Assembly: GCA_030248215.1 (NCBI GenBank)
Contig: JASANG010000424.1
Location: forward strand, 1 to 64,000
From: Enoplolaimus lenunculus
Taxonomy: Eukaryota
Direction: 5' to 3'
DNA: 64,000 nucleotides
Made by a program: the position numbers and the translations under genes. This document shows, one piece after another, positions 25,801 through 37,600 of this stretch (its first letter is position 1; the number at the start of each line of letters is the position of its first letter). A model generated the notes under the pieces. The model made no database searches. It worked only from the letters and a program-made list of their open reading frames with translations, and had not been told where the DNA came from.

Positions 25801-26657
25801 TTAAAGACATTGCTAAGGCTTGGGCAAGATGGTTAAGGTATAGAGTAACGAAGCACGAGTCTCACGTTTGACTCTGGCGGAGTCGAATTTTGACTCGATT
25901 TGTGTAGTCTAGAAAAGCCTATTTTCAGAGAGTCAATTTGACTCACCATTTTTTGCCGTGTGAGAGCAAAAACAAGTATTTTGGTATTTTGTTGTGTAAG
26001 AATCACGTTTGTTGCAATTGAAAATCAATATTCCCCCTCGTTTGATTTGAATGAGGAACGTAAAACTGGAGGATAAGTTTGAAATTTAAATAAAGTCAGT
26101 CATTTATTTAAGAAAATTTATAAAACATTTTTTCGTTTGAATTCTCGTAAATTGTCTTAAATTTCAAAAATTACTTTTCACTCAAATAATTTTACTATTC
26201 CCTTTAGCGCGTTAAAGTTTTCTAATTTTTTGTCAATTTCAGAATTGATATATACACTTGTGTCGGAATTTCAACAGGTCAGAATGTTTAATGATGAATA
26301 AATTTTTCATTTTAAATGAAATTAAACGAGCTTTTGACCCGCTAAGCGAAGACTAAAATTGTTTAAGTAAAAAATGTTTTTTTTTTCAATTTCAGAATTT
26401 ACACTTGTCTCGGAATTTCAACGGATCAAAATCTTCGCACGTTGGACACTTTTTCATTTGGTATCTTGTTTTACAGTACGTTACTAGTCTTGGAACAGCT
26501 GGTTGCGTTGTGGATAACCTTGGCGACAGCCGCGAGTTACATATTGTGTTTCGCGTTTCTTGACAAATCCTTTCTTTGGCGATCTACAATAAATTCCGCA
26601 ATTCCTGCGACCCTACTTTTACTGCCACAATTTGTCTACTGGCAAACTGTTGACTGA
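22834..26657 (+). CDS. Uncharacterised multi-pass membrane protein; 5' end uncertain
   Basis: Phase-consistent exons (23154 or 23171)-23290, 23684-23790, 25546-25724 and 26396-26657 give an uninterrupted, hydrophobic frame (WRRKRFLEVFVW...ISFCVGLIQLVTVCSFIGTVSIGLLFKPIVVIAIAVNFAI...FGILFYSTLLVLEQLVALWITLATAASYILCFAF...). Candidate upstream exons are 22834-22879, 22923-22953 and about 21897-22038. No family recognised. Confidence 0.6.
22940..23155. mobile_element. MITE family A copy inside the membrane-protein gene
   Basis: ta|CCCTGCAAAAAATGGTGAGTC...GACTCACCACTTTTTGCAGTG|ta, with a TA target duplication. Confidence 0.9.
24507..24664. mobile_element. Small palindromic MITE (AGGGTT(A/G)CGCTATACT TIR)
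   Basis: Inverted ends agggttacgctatact and agtatagcgcaaccct. An internally deleted copy is at ~34014-34072 and a diverged copy at ~55306-55390. Confidence 0.7.
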
Positions 26658-27407
26658 ATGGGTCAATGTAAAGAACAGGAGCGGAACAGTTTTATAAATA
26701 TATTCCTAAGTGTGCCTTGAAATTTTAGACATTTAATAAATTTTGACCTGAAAATCTTTGTCGTTCAGTTTCAAGTAAATAAAACAGTGCCAGTTGCGTT
26801 TTTTACATGAAATATTGCACAAAATATAGCTTACACAATGCCCAAACACCATGATCAGCTGTTTGAATACAGGGAATTTATTTCATTTTTTGTGCGGGTA
26901 TATATATACATTATAAAATACAAAAGAAAATTGTTGGATTCCGTCTTTATAACAAAGGACACAACGGCATTTAAATGAAGAAATTTTGTTCACAATTAGA
27001 AATATTTTTGCGATAAAAGTGCAAACATTTCTTACAGACAGCGAATCGACGTGTTGCAAGATAAGATGGTCATTTTGAATCATATGAAATAAAAGCTTCT
27101 ACGTTCAGTTGTCTCAAGCATTCTAAAACACGGTAAAGGTGTGGTGACTATTTTTGCGTTTATAGCGAAATATTTAAATTTTTTGTGTCTTCAATACTAA
27201 ATTCGCTATTTATTCTGTAAATATTAAAAATGTATACGGAGCCGTGGTTACGTTAAGCCGCACTCAATTTGTCTAAAAGACAGCAGGTATTACTAGGCTA
27301 GATTTAACAGGCCCGTAGCAGGCTTAACTAGCTAGAGGAATAAAATTTTTTAGGAAGTGCATACAAGGGTTTTAGATGACTTAATACAAGCAAGGTTGAT
27401 AATTTTT

Positions 27408-27592
27408 GGCCCATGTAAAGATCAGGGGCGGAACGTTTTTCTGTGGGACTAGAATAGAATAAACTTTAGGCTGTTTTTTTGCTTGGCTTAGGCTTAGGCT
27501 TAGACGTAGCGATAAACTCATTCTTAGGCTTAGGCTTAGGCTTATGAGAATAATCTTATAATACTGTTATGCCTCTGTTCCTTACATTGGCC
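27408..27592. mobile_element. MITE family D: ~190-bp element with GGCC(C/A)ATGT termini and internal degenerate (TTAGGC)n
   Basis: ggcccatgtaaagatcagg...cttacattggcc. Related copies at about 51-240, 1570-1750, 2495-2686, 3566-3712, 7309-7500, 14075-14215, 19435-19558, 20848-21023, 25231-25422, 35160-35340, 41236-41390, 52035-52239, 52793-52997 and 60763-60862. Confidence 0.85.
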
Positions 27593-28375
27593 AAATTTTG
27601 AAACAGGCAAGATATTTTTAGGGTGAGTGAGCCGCACACCTGGCTTCCGTCTGGCTATATGCCCGAGGTTTACACTTGTAAACTTTAAAATATCTTGACG
27701 TTTATGCTTAGGATATAGTTTTGTACAAAACTAAATTATTTTTAAGCTATCTTTTTAGGAAATCTTGGTAACTAAAAAATGATTTATAATTGTCCTAAAG
27801 TACGAACTCACTCAAAGACGAATGCACCTTCCAAAAAAACATTTCAAAATACCACAATTGTCTCAAACCTGTAGAAAAAATATTCCCGATGCCAGAAATC
27901 AATTTCCTGTCGGAGCCGACGACAGGTCTTCGGTTGCAAATTGTTGGAAATCTGAATAAGACATGAAACAACATATTGGCAACTACAGGAATTTTTAACT
28001 TTTTTAAAATTTAACACTTTTCAAATGCATTTTAACTCTTTCCTAGAAAACTTAAAAATTAATTAGAAACTATTTTCCATCCTCACGAGACAACATTATA
28101 CAGCAGCAACCTTAATTTTTTACACAGTAGGTTAGCCTAAGCCTAAACCTAACCATTTAAAGGGTATTTCGACGCCTTGAAAGTAAAAATGTTATGTAAA
28201 AACAGAAATGTTAACAAATTGTCTCAAAATTTGTTCTTTTCCATTGAAAATTGTGCCAATAGACATATTCTTCCTCAATTTCAAAACTTTGCAAACTATT
28301 GCTTAAAACGTCAGGCGGATATGTATTAGAGTTTGACATTTCGGCAAAAATAGCAGTTTATATATAAATTTATAA

Positions 28376-28378
<3 letters not shown>

Positions 28379-28457
<79 letters not shown>
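28379..28457. repeat. (TA)n microsatellite
   Basis: Uninterrupted TA run. Confidence 0.99.
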
Positions 28458-28461
<4 letters not shown>

Positions 28462-30242
28462 ATATAGGTAATATATGATATTTTTAATGTTTTATTAAAT
28501 TGAATGTTTAATATATTAAAATAGGCCAAAGCGGTCACAATATCTGTAACCTTAGGATATTTTTTAACAATTTCAACAAGCAGCAAAAATAATAAACTCA
28601 TTTTAAAGATATAGCACGGCATTTAAAACAGAGTCCAAAAGCAAGAAATGATAACGAGGTCGGTGTAATTTTGGTTTGGGTTCAGCAAAATTTTGCGACC
28701 GAAATTTTTAAATTTTGTCCGAAACATGAGATAAGAAAATGGTCTCAAAAGACGTCAATCCACTCGCCAATTTGTAGACGAATTCTCACGCAACAATACA
28801 TTTAGTCTCGAATTTTAACGTTGACGTCGAATCAGCATGGGACAAACTGTGTCCCGTCTGCCCCGGTTATAACGTGAATCCCGCATTAAATATTCACACT
28901 TCAAAAAACTTCTTGAGATAAAATTGACGCTTTACAAATGTATAGTACGTCATGCTAATATAGTTTTTAAGTCTAAGACTTATTACTATGAGTCAGCTAT
29001 CGCCTAGAAATTGTTACGTCTAGGCATGCTTAAACTGCAATAGAATTGAATTTCAATAGCCCTAACGCTTTAAGAAATATTTATTCGATGTTTAAGTTGT
29101 TACAGGTGTGAATTGAAACTGAAGCGTTATCGCGTTTTCTTCTGTTAAATCGCGAAAATATTAGTGTTTCAATGACTTGTATAACGGCTTTTGTTAGCAG
29201 ATTTGAAGCGGAGGACAGACATAATATCGCAAGCACTTAATGGCGTAATAACAATAGCGGTGCGAGCGTTTACGTTTTAAAGACGCTAGCAATAATGCGC
29301 TGTTACTTTTGATATCAAATTTTTCAAAAATTCAAATTTAGTTTTCAAAAAGAATATATTTTGCGGCGAATTTAACAAATTCTTCATTTTCAATATTTAT
29401 TGTTTGAACGCTGATAATATAAAAGTTGTTGTGTTTTAAGTTTCACATCTTAAACGCGACTTCAAAGCATCATTTTGGACAATGAAGTTTTTCGCAAAAA
29501 TATTAACATAAAAATAAGCACATATTTGTAGAGGCAGCAGGCAGTTTTTTTTGTGTTTGAAATTTAAGACAAAATGTTTCATAATTTTAGATTTTATATC
29601 CTGGAAACAGTTTTATTTTAAGTTTATAAATTGGTTCTATCTGTTATGAAGCACTCATACAAATGATTGGCATTAATACGTTTTTGTTCATATTTAAGCT
29701 TTAGGCTGGCTAGGCATTTTCCTTCCTACTTAAGGGGGGAACTCTCCCAGGGACCCGCCGCCCGCCCGCCCCCGGCCGGCCCGCGCCTTTTTTTACAGAG
29801 TATCCTTTTTGAAATTCAACACAAAATGCTATAATTTTAGATTTTATAACCTGGAAACAGTATTAATTATTTTAAATATATGTTTCAGATGTCATGAAAC
29901 ACTCATATATAAATAGTTGGCTCCAATGCGTTTTTGTTCATATGCATGCTTTAGGCTTAGGCTTATAGACTTAGAAACATCTTACGTAAACCTTTGCTTA
30001 GTTTAAGCCCACACTGTAAATCCCAGTGAGTTGATTTTAACTCAGAATGAGTTGAGTCACTCTGTCTGAGAGTTAGGACTTTCTGAACTCAGAATTCAGA
30101 GTCAACAAAGCTCACTCTGATTTAATTACTCAACTCGCCCAGAATCCGCTGAACTCAGAGCGAGAATCAACTCAACTCGGAGTGAGTTAATGTTTACCGT
30201 TATTAACTCAGAAATAATTAACTCACTACCTGTGGTGATTAA

Positions 30243-30920
30243 CCCCTTCTCACATTGAGTTGCCTGTAGGCAACTCAGCGTAGTGTATATACGTTAAATA
30301 GTATATATCGCACCGTGTTTAACAATTGCAACACGTATATATAGCACTAAATCTTCACAAGACGTGAGAGCCCCCTCGGGCTCGAGCGTCAAGATCCTAT
30401 AGCTGTCTGGGTGGTGATGGTATACGCCTCCCACTCCAGTCATTGGAGTTCGAATCCTAGCATAAAAGTAGGTTTCAGCGGAAATAGAAAATATTCATGT
30501 GAGAAAGGGTTAAACCACAATAGCTGAGTGGTGATGGTATACGCCTCCCACTCCAGTCACTGGAGTTTTAATCCTAGCATAAAAGTAGGTCTCAGGGGAA
30601 ATAGAAAGGATTCATGTGAGAAAGGGTTAAGCGAAAAATTTTCAGTTTACTATCTATAAACCTTCTCACATGAGTTGCCTATAGACAACTCAGCGTAGTG
30701 TATATACGTTAAATAGTATATATTGCACCGTGTTTAACAATTGCAACACGTATATATAGTACTAAATCACCACAAGACGTGAGAGCCCCCTCGGGCTCGA
30801 GCGTCAAGCTCCTATAGCTGAGTGGTGATGGTATACGCCTCCCACGCCAGTCACCCGAGTTCGAATCCTAGCATAAAAGTAGGTCTCAGGGGAAATAGAA
30901 AATATTCATATGAGAAAGGG
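30243..30920. mobile_element. Array of family C elements (full, partial, full) inserted in a family B MITE
   Basis: Copies at 30243-30509, ~30519-30626 and ~30660-30920. Family B halves lie on either side. Confidence 0.85.
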
Positions 30921-31689
30921 TTAGTAATCAACTCAATGAAAATTACACTGCATGCTTTCATGTTTTAATTTGAGAACAAAGTAAGCAAGAGTTGTACAAG
31001 TCAAATTCTGTGTTGCATATTGTTTGTTCTTGTTTCGTGGTATATATGCTGAAACAGCAGAGCAAATCACGTCTAATTTAGGCGATTACTAAATTTTGAA
31101 CAATTTTCAAGTTGATCAGGGACGCACAAACAACGTTTTGCAGTGGTGTCAAATTGACGCGCAGCAGCTAACCCCACTTAAACACTGTAGTGACCCGAAT
31201 AAAACGAGTGCTAATAATTATTTTAGCTCTTCGGGGGTAACCAGCATGTTAGTTGGACCCGAAAGCCTTCTTTTTATATCTTTTTGGGCAACACTGATTT
31301 GATCCGGAGGGTATTTGTTGATTACCATGTTGCTTAAACTTTTTTCTGGACGAAATAAAGTTTATGCGGCTTGTCTGAGTGTCTGTTATATTAATGAGCA
31401 GTTTAGACTCTTCTTCTGTTTTAGTCTCTTTTGTGGAGTCTTATTAGGACACATAGACTTTATTCATTAACGGACTAGAGATACAGAAACCTATTGATTA
31501 GGACTCAAAATAAGAACCCATTAATTACCTGCTCTCCAGCTCATTTTTGTTCTATTAAATATTTTAAATTCTAATACGAAACTTCAGTTTTGGTTTCTGC
31601 GCCCCACTGCTAAACATAAAGTAGAAAATTTAACGTAGGGGTTTAATTTAAAAACTTTTGAAATTTTGTATTAAATTAAAAATATCAAA

Positions 31690-34600
31690 ATGCTTCAACT
31701 CGTGGTGCTTATCGCAGCATCTGTGATGGTGTCGCTCGCTGAAGATCCGGCTCCAATGGTCGAAAGTTAGTCTGCATCGATTTATGTTTGTTGTTTACTT
31801 TAAGACGTACAGGTTGAGCTGCAATGCATCTTCCACACACTGTCAATTCCAATGAGTTGATGAAACGATTCAGCTAACGAGTTGGTTATTTCTGAATTAA
31901 TATCAGTGAAATTAACTCTACTCTCAGTTTGATTCTCACTCTCAGTTGAGTTGACTCTTGGTGAGTTGATTAATTAACTAAGAATGAATTCAATCAACTC
32001 AAAATTCTCAGTTCTGATAGTCCTAACTCCGACTGAGTGATTCAACTCATTCTGAGTTAAAATCAACTCACTGAAATTTACAGTGCAATAACTTGCGTAC
32101 ATTATATATGTTACAATTGTCGCATGCCTCCGCAAGCCTATACACTGTACATTTTTAATGTGTCAGAATTCTGAATTGATTGAACCCATTATGAGTTAAT
32201 TAATCAGCGCATCCGCAATATAATCGCTCAGAGTGATTTAAATTTTACTTAAACTCAAATATAACCAGAAATAAGTAATTCTCTATAGCTGAGTTGATGA
32301 ACTAACTCATCAGAATTTACAGTGAAGCCAGCTCGATATGCATACGGTGGGGCAAAAAAGTTTCGAAGAGACATGCAAGAATTTCAGGTAACTTTGCTTT
32401 CGACGTAAAGAACAAAAAATTTTCGGCACGTTTGTAGTCACCGGTACACTGAACAAATGGAGAATGGGTAAATTTTCTCGCTATAACGACCACACGATGC
32501 ATTCAATTTTACGTTATATTTTCTTAAAGGGTCTGCTACCCGTTTGATCTCTCGTATTTTGAAAGGACACTATAAGCGGGGACGGATGCCATCGAGCCCC
32601 CAAGCGCCCCAGCCAAGCAATTCATGATTGAGACAGCTAATGTCGTTTATGTAATATACCTTTGGACTGTTTTAGTGTATAACAAATTAGTCCATTTGGC
32701 TTGGGGAGCTTGGTGGTGGGTGCCCTCTCGTATCCGATTAATGAGTTTTCAAATTGTAAGGGCATTAGGGTGCAGTTACCTCCTGAAAAGGCGAATTGAA
32801 TGTAGAAAGAGTATATTCAGTTTCTTATACTGTACGAAAACTTTTGTACGGTGGGGAAACTACAAAAGCGCCATTCGGATGTCACTGTTTCTGTCCTCTG
32901 TACTGCAGAAAAAGTTGAGTCAAATTGACTCTCCGAAATAGGATCTACGGGACTACACAAACTGAGTCAAATTCGACCCTCCAGAGTCAAACGTGCGACT
33001 CAGAGATTAGAATGTGACTCTGGCGGAGTCGAATTTGACTCAGTTTGTGTAGTCCCGTAGATCCTATTTCGGAGAGTCAATTTGACTCACATTTTTTACA
33101 GAGTGGGTTTGCTCTCGAATTGACATGCCTCCGGAGCGCTATTTCGTTAACGACCATATTAGTAAGAGTATCGAGACCTAACTTTTACCTGCTAAATTGA
33201 AAGATACTCCTGGTACTAGTACTCCGGTAATATTTAAGAAAGCGACGCTCCTCTCGCTCCTGATCCAACGAGCAACGACACTGAAGACACTTCTGATTTA
33301 GCGGTGAATGACAGTTTAAAAATTCCTGTTCTTGCACCAATTGACGCTCCTGATCCTCCAACGTTAGCTATTATTGACATTCCTGATACTCCTTGGTACA
33401 CAGATAACGAAAACGCTCGTGACATTCCTGACGTTTCTGAGTCGATGAAAGATGACATTTCTGACACTTCTGATTCGAAAGAAGACGACCCTGCTGACTC
33501 TCCTGACTGGACAAAAAATACCACTCAAGAAACTCTTCATCAACAAACGTTAAAGCTAATTGACACTCCTGAGTCGACTTTTGACATTTTAAACACTCCT
33601 GATCTGACCGATGATACTTCTGATTGGACCGATAATACACCTGATGAGACTGCTGACACTCCTGATTGGACGAACGACGCCACTAAAGACACTCCTGGTT
33701 TGGGAGAAGATGACAATTCCGACTCTCCTGATTCAATGCAAGATACCACTGAAGACACTCCTGAAACATCGGCATCAAAAGACGAGAAAAGATCTCCGGT
33801 TTTGCGAGATTTGCCACTGTCAGAAGACGGTCCCGTAGTCGCTGTACCGGTTGATGCACCAAAGCAACCCAAAATCGAAGGACAACTATGCGCGTTGGGC
33901 AAATACGCGTTTCCGAATGCGGCCGATCCTCAGAAATATTTCACTTGCTCTAAATCGACCGAAAATGCTGACGATTGGCCGTGGTATGTTTGACTAAAAA
34001 TGCAAGAAAGCTTAGAGTTGCGCTATACTTTTGTTGACGTCCGGCGCCACACAACAAGTATAGCGCAACCCTTAACCTTGGAAAATACTTTTATAACTTG
34101 AAGAGCGTCAGATTTCGTTGCTCAAGCCTAATTTGAAACTTAAATCTAAACCTACTTCTAAACCTAAACGCTTCAAACACTGTCACGCTTCAACAAAAAG
34201 TTCCAGTAACGTCAACTTGTATATTTGGAGGTTAATTTTTATAGGAGATATCTTAAGCAACAAGCGAACCCTAGCAAGGACACGAGTTTTCTAGGCCCAT
34301 ATCCTCAAATGCGTATAGCACCTATCATCACTCTGCGATAGGTATTCAAACTGACAAACGTCCGCAGTTGCAGATCTCAAAATTGATACAGAAGTAGCCA
34401 AAATCAAACGCAAACAATGTGCTGAATTTCAAACCTCACCATGCGCGTGTTCCAAAGTTACAGTACCTATCACCAACTGGTGATAGGTGCTACACAGATT
34501 TGAGAATACGGTCAATGGTTTTAAGCCTAACTCCAAAGCATTTCTATTTTATACCAATATCCCTATTACTAAGCCTAAGCCTAAACGGATACCTTAACGC

Positions 34601-37600
34601 GGTAAGTTTTTAGAGAACACCCAGGAGTCGGCACTCCTTTTAGCTGTCGTAATGGTGAATAGTCCTCTTATATTAAGCTAACTTCCATATGTAAGAAAAA
34701 ACCCACCATTGATAATGCTAACATTAACTTTAATCCAACGCCCACGCCTATTTTTTACCGTAATCGGTTCAAAATTAGCAACGGTGTCCATCCAAAGATT
34801 TGTGAACGATGAGTATTTATGCTTATTTTTAGGGAACACGTCGGAGTCTGGACTCCCGCGAGCTGTCCAGACGGTCAATGGTTCTCGCCCGAAAACAGGA
34901 TCTGTCGGTCAGCGAAAAGTGTCCGCCGAATACAGCAACGCTTTTGCTACAGTTGGCCGTCGTATTGTGGAAACAATTACGGATTCAGCTATAGCTATGG
35001 TCCCAAATCAAGCCATGGTTCGCATGGATACGAAGTAAGTATGGTTCAAATGAGGGGCTGCGTCCGTACTGGAAAAAGATTCTCCCTGGTGGCAATGGCT
35101 CGGCACCGTTTGTGAGTTACGCGACATCTCCGCATGGCGCATATATACGAAGGCCAATATTACTTTCAGGGCCGTAACTGTAGATTAGAAGCATATTTCT
35201 AAGCTTAAGCATAAGCGTTGCAAAAAGTCTATTCTTAAGCCGAAGCTTAAACAAAAAATATAGTCTATTAAAATCTAAGCCTACTGTTTTACTATAGTCC
35301 CACCAGAAAATGGGACGGTTCAAATAACGTAACATGGGCCTATACCTGTGAGCTGGATCTTTTTGGACCCCTTAACCGTCTGGGTATAGCTACTGGACTC
35401 GTTTAATTTTAGTAGCATATATTTTGTGTTCTGAACGCTAATTTTTACCAGTTGACTAGTGCATCGTACTAAAACGCCAGTCTGTCGAACTCAGCTTTTA
35501 CAGGATTGCTTTAAGCGGATCGAAGCAAATCAATTTTAAATTTTTTAAATGTGCCTATATTAAATCCCGTATCAGATCCATGGGAGATATATTTTTGATT
35601 ACGTATTGAGCGTGTGGCGCTAGGCTCTCTTGGTCTCCATTTGCGGCACGTCAGTACCGCGCAGGTGTTGTATTTGACTTCAGCATCCATTGAAATGTGT
35701 GAAAGCAATTGAATTTCAATTTTTTTTGAAAACGTCAGTGTCCAGGAGCATCTCCGACGACATCCCTGCGACGGACGGGGCCGCTCGCCAAGCATAGCGC
35801 CAGCTTAATCTCATATGTTGTCACTCTAAAAAACTATTTTTATAGCATCATCACGAGTCGTCTTACTCGTACCAAACGTCGTACCATTATGGAGACTCAA
35901 AACCAGCATACCAAACCGTTCATTATGAATCAAATGCCGTCCCGAAAATTGAGACACCTCATATTGACCAATATTCTCAAGGAGCAGAGCCGGCTGAACC
36001 CGCTTACAACCCCCCTGCGGCTGTAGAACCGTACGATCATCACGGTTCAGAACCATCCAATCAGACGCCGACCCTCAGTTACAATTCAGGAGCTCAAATA
36101 GCCGGACTGGCATATGGTTCAGGTCCTGCTTCGACCAATTATAATTCATTGCCACAAAAATCAGGGAATGACTATAATTCAGTACCCCCAGGGATAGGAT
36201 CCGGTTATAATTCGGGATCTCAAGTCGGAGAAGCAAGCTACAATAGCGCGCCCGCAGTTACTCCTCAGGAATCCTACGGACCTCCAAATATTGATCCATG
36301 TGCCGGAAATACAGTATCACCGGATTGCGGAATTAGTTATGGAGGATATCCGGTAAGTGCGGTATGTAAACTTTTGATGGTGTTTATGAAATTAATGTTA
36401 TGCAATTACTGCCGGCGGAGATGTGGAGTCTGGACTCCTACAATTTTTAATAAAAAGTAGTCTATCTTAAAGAAAATGACGTGCTGAGTTCAATGATACC
36501 ATTCCGAGGCCTGTAGACGCTTTGGTTTAAAAGTTTATAGTCTATGTTTTGCTAAGACTACGTAAATTCCAATGAATTGATTAATCCAATTCAGGTAGCG
36601 AGTTGGTTATTTCTGAATTAATCTCAGTAAACATTAACACATTTTGAGTTGAGTTGACTCTGGGCGAGTTGCTAAACTCAGAATGATTTGAATCAACGCA
36701 AAATTCTGAGTTCTGATAGTCATAACACAGCCTGGGTGATTCAACTCATTCTGAATTAAAATCAACTCACTGAAATTTACAGTGTACGAGCAACTATAAA
36801 CGAGTGAAGTAACATTCAAAAAATCTTTCAGAATGTCTGTTTTAATATACTTAAATTTACAGAGTATATTTTGGCTTAATATGAAGACCACCATTTTATA
36901 TTTTATTTGTTTTAAAAACTTTTGTTTCTCAATCTAAAAGGTCTCGACAAAATATTTTAAATTATTATTTGAAAATTTTTCATTTTTACAGAGTCACACA
37001 CATTATCCAGCACCACATCCGCATCCTGAAACTTACGTAAGTTTTAGGAAAATAAAGTTTAAGTTCTATGGTGTAAACATTTGAACCAAAAATTGATGCG
37101 AATTGTCAGAATCGTAGCTTTTCTGGTTCGTTTGTCTCAAAGCCTATTTGGTAACTGACAATACACTGTAAATACCGATGAATTCATTAATCAACTCAGC
37201 GAGTGAATTATTTTGTTTCTGAATGTTTGTGAGTTAATAACCGCAAATTGTAAACTCGCTTTGAGTTTATTGAATTCCGGTTGAGTTGTTTAACTTAGAA
37301 TGAGTTGAATCAGTTCAGAAATCTGCGTTCTAAAAGGCTTAATCCGGTAAGATTTACAGTGAGTTGCTACATACCGTATGCGAATACATCTGTTAAAGCT
37401 AAAATTGTTCATGGTAGGAAAACAATAAAAATAAATCAAGGAACTCAAACCTGTGGTGAAATTCAAATGGTGTAAAATTCGAAATTACAGCAAACAATGC
37501 TTCGTTTCTATTGGCTTAATTTATTTTTGTTGCTACTTATGTTATTTTTTTGCTATTTCGCTTATTCTACTTTTTTGTTCAATACCTACTGCTTTGAGAG

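Noticed and set aside
33234..33902. Minus-strand Ser/Val/Gly-rich ORFs
   Set aside because: They are antisense shadows of the acidic repeat exon.
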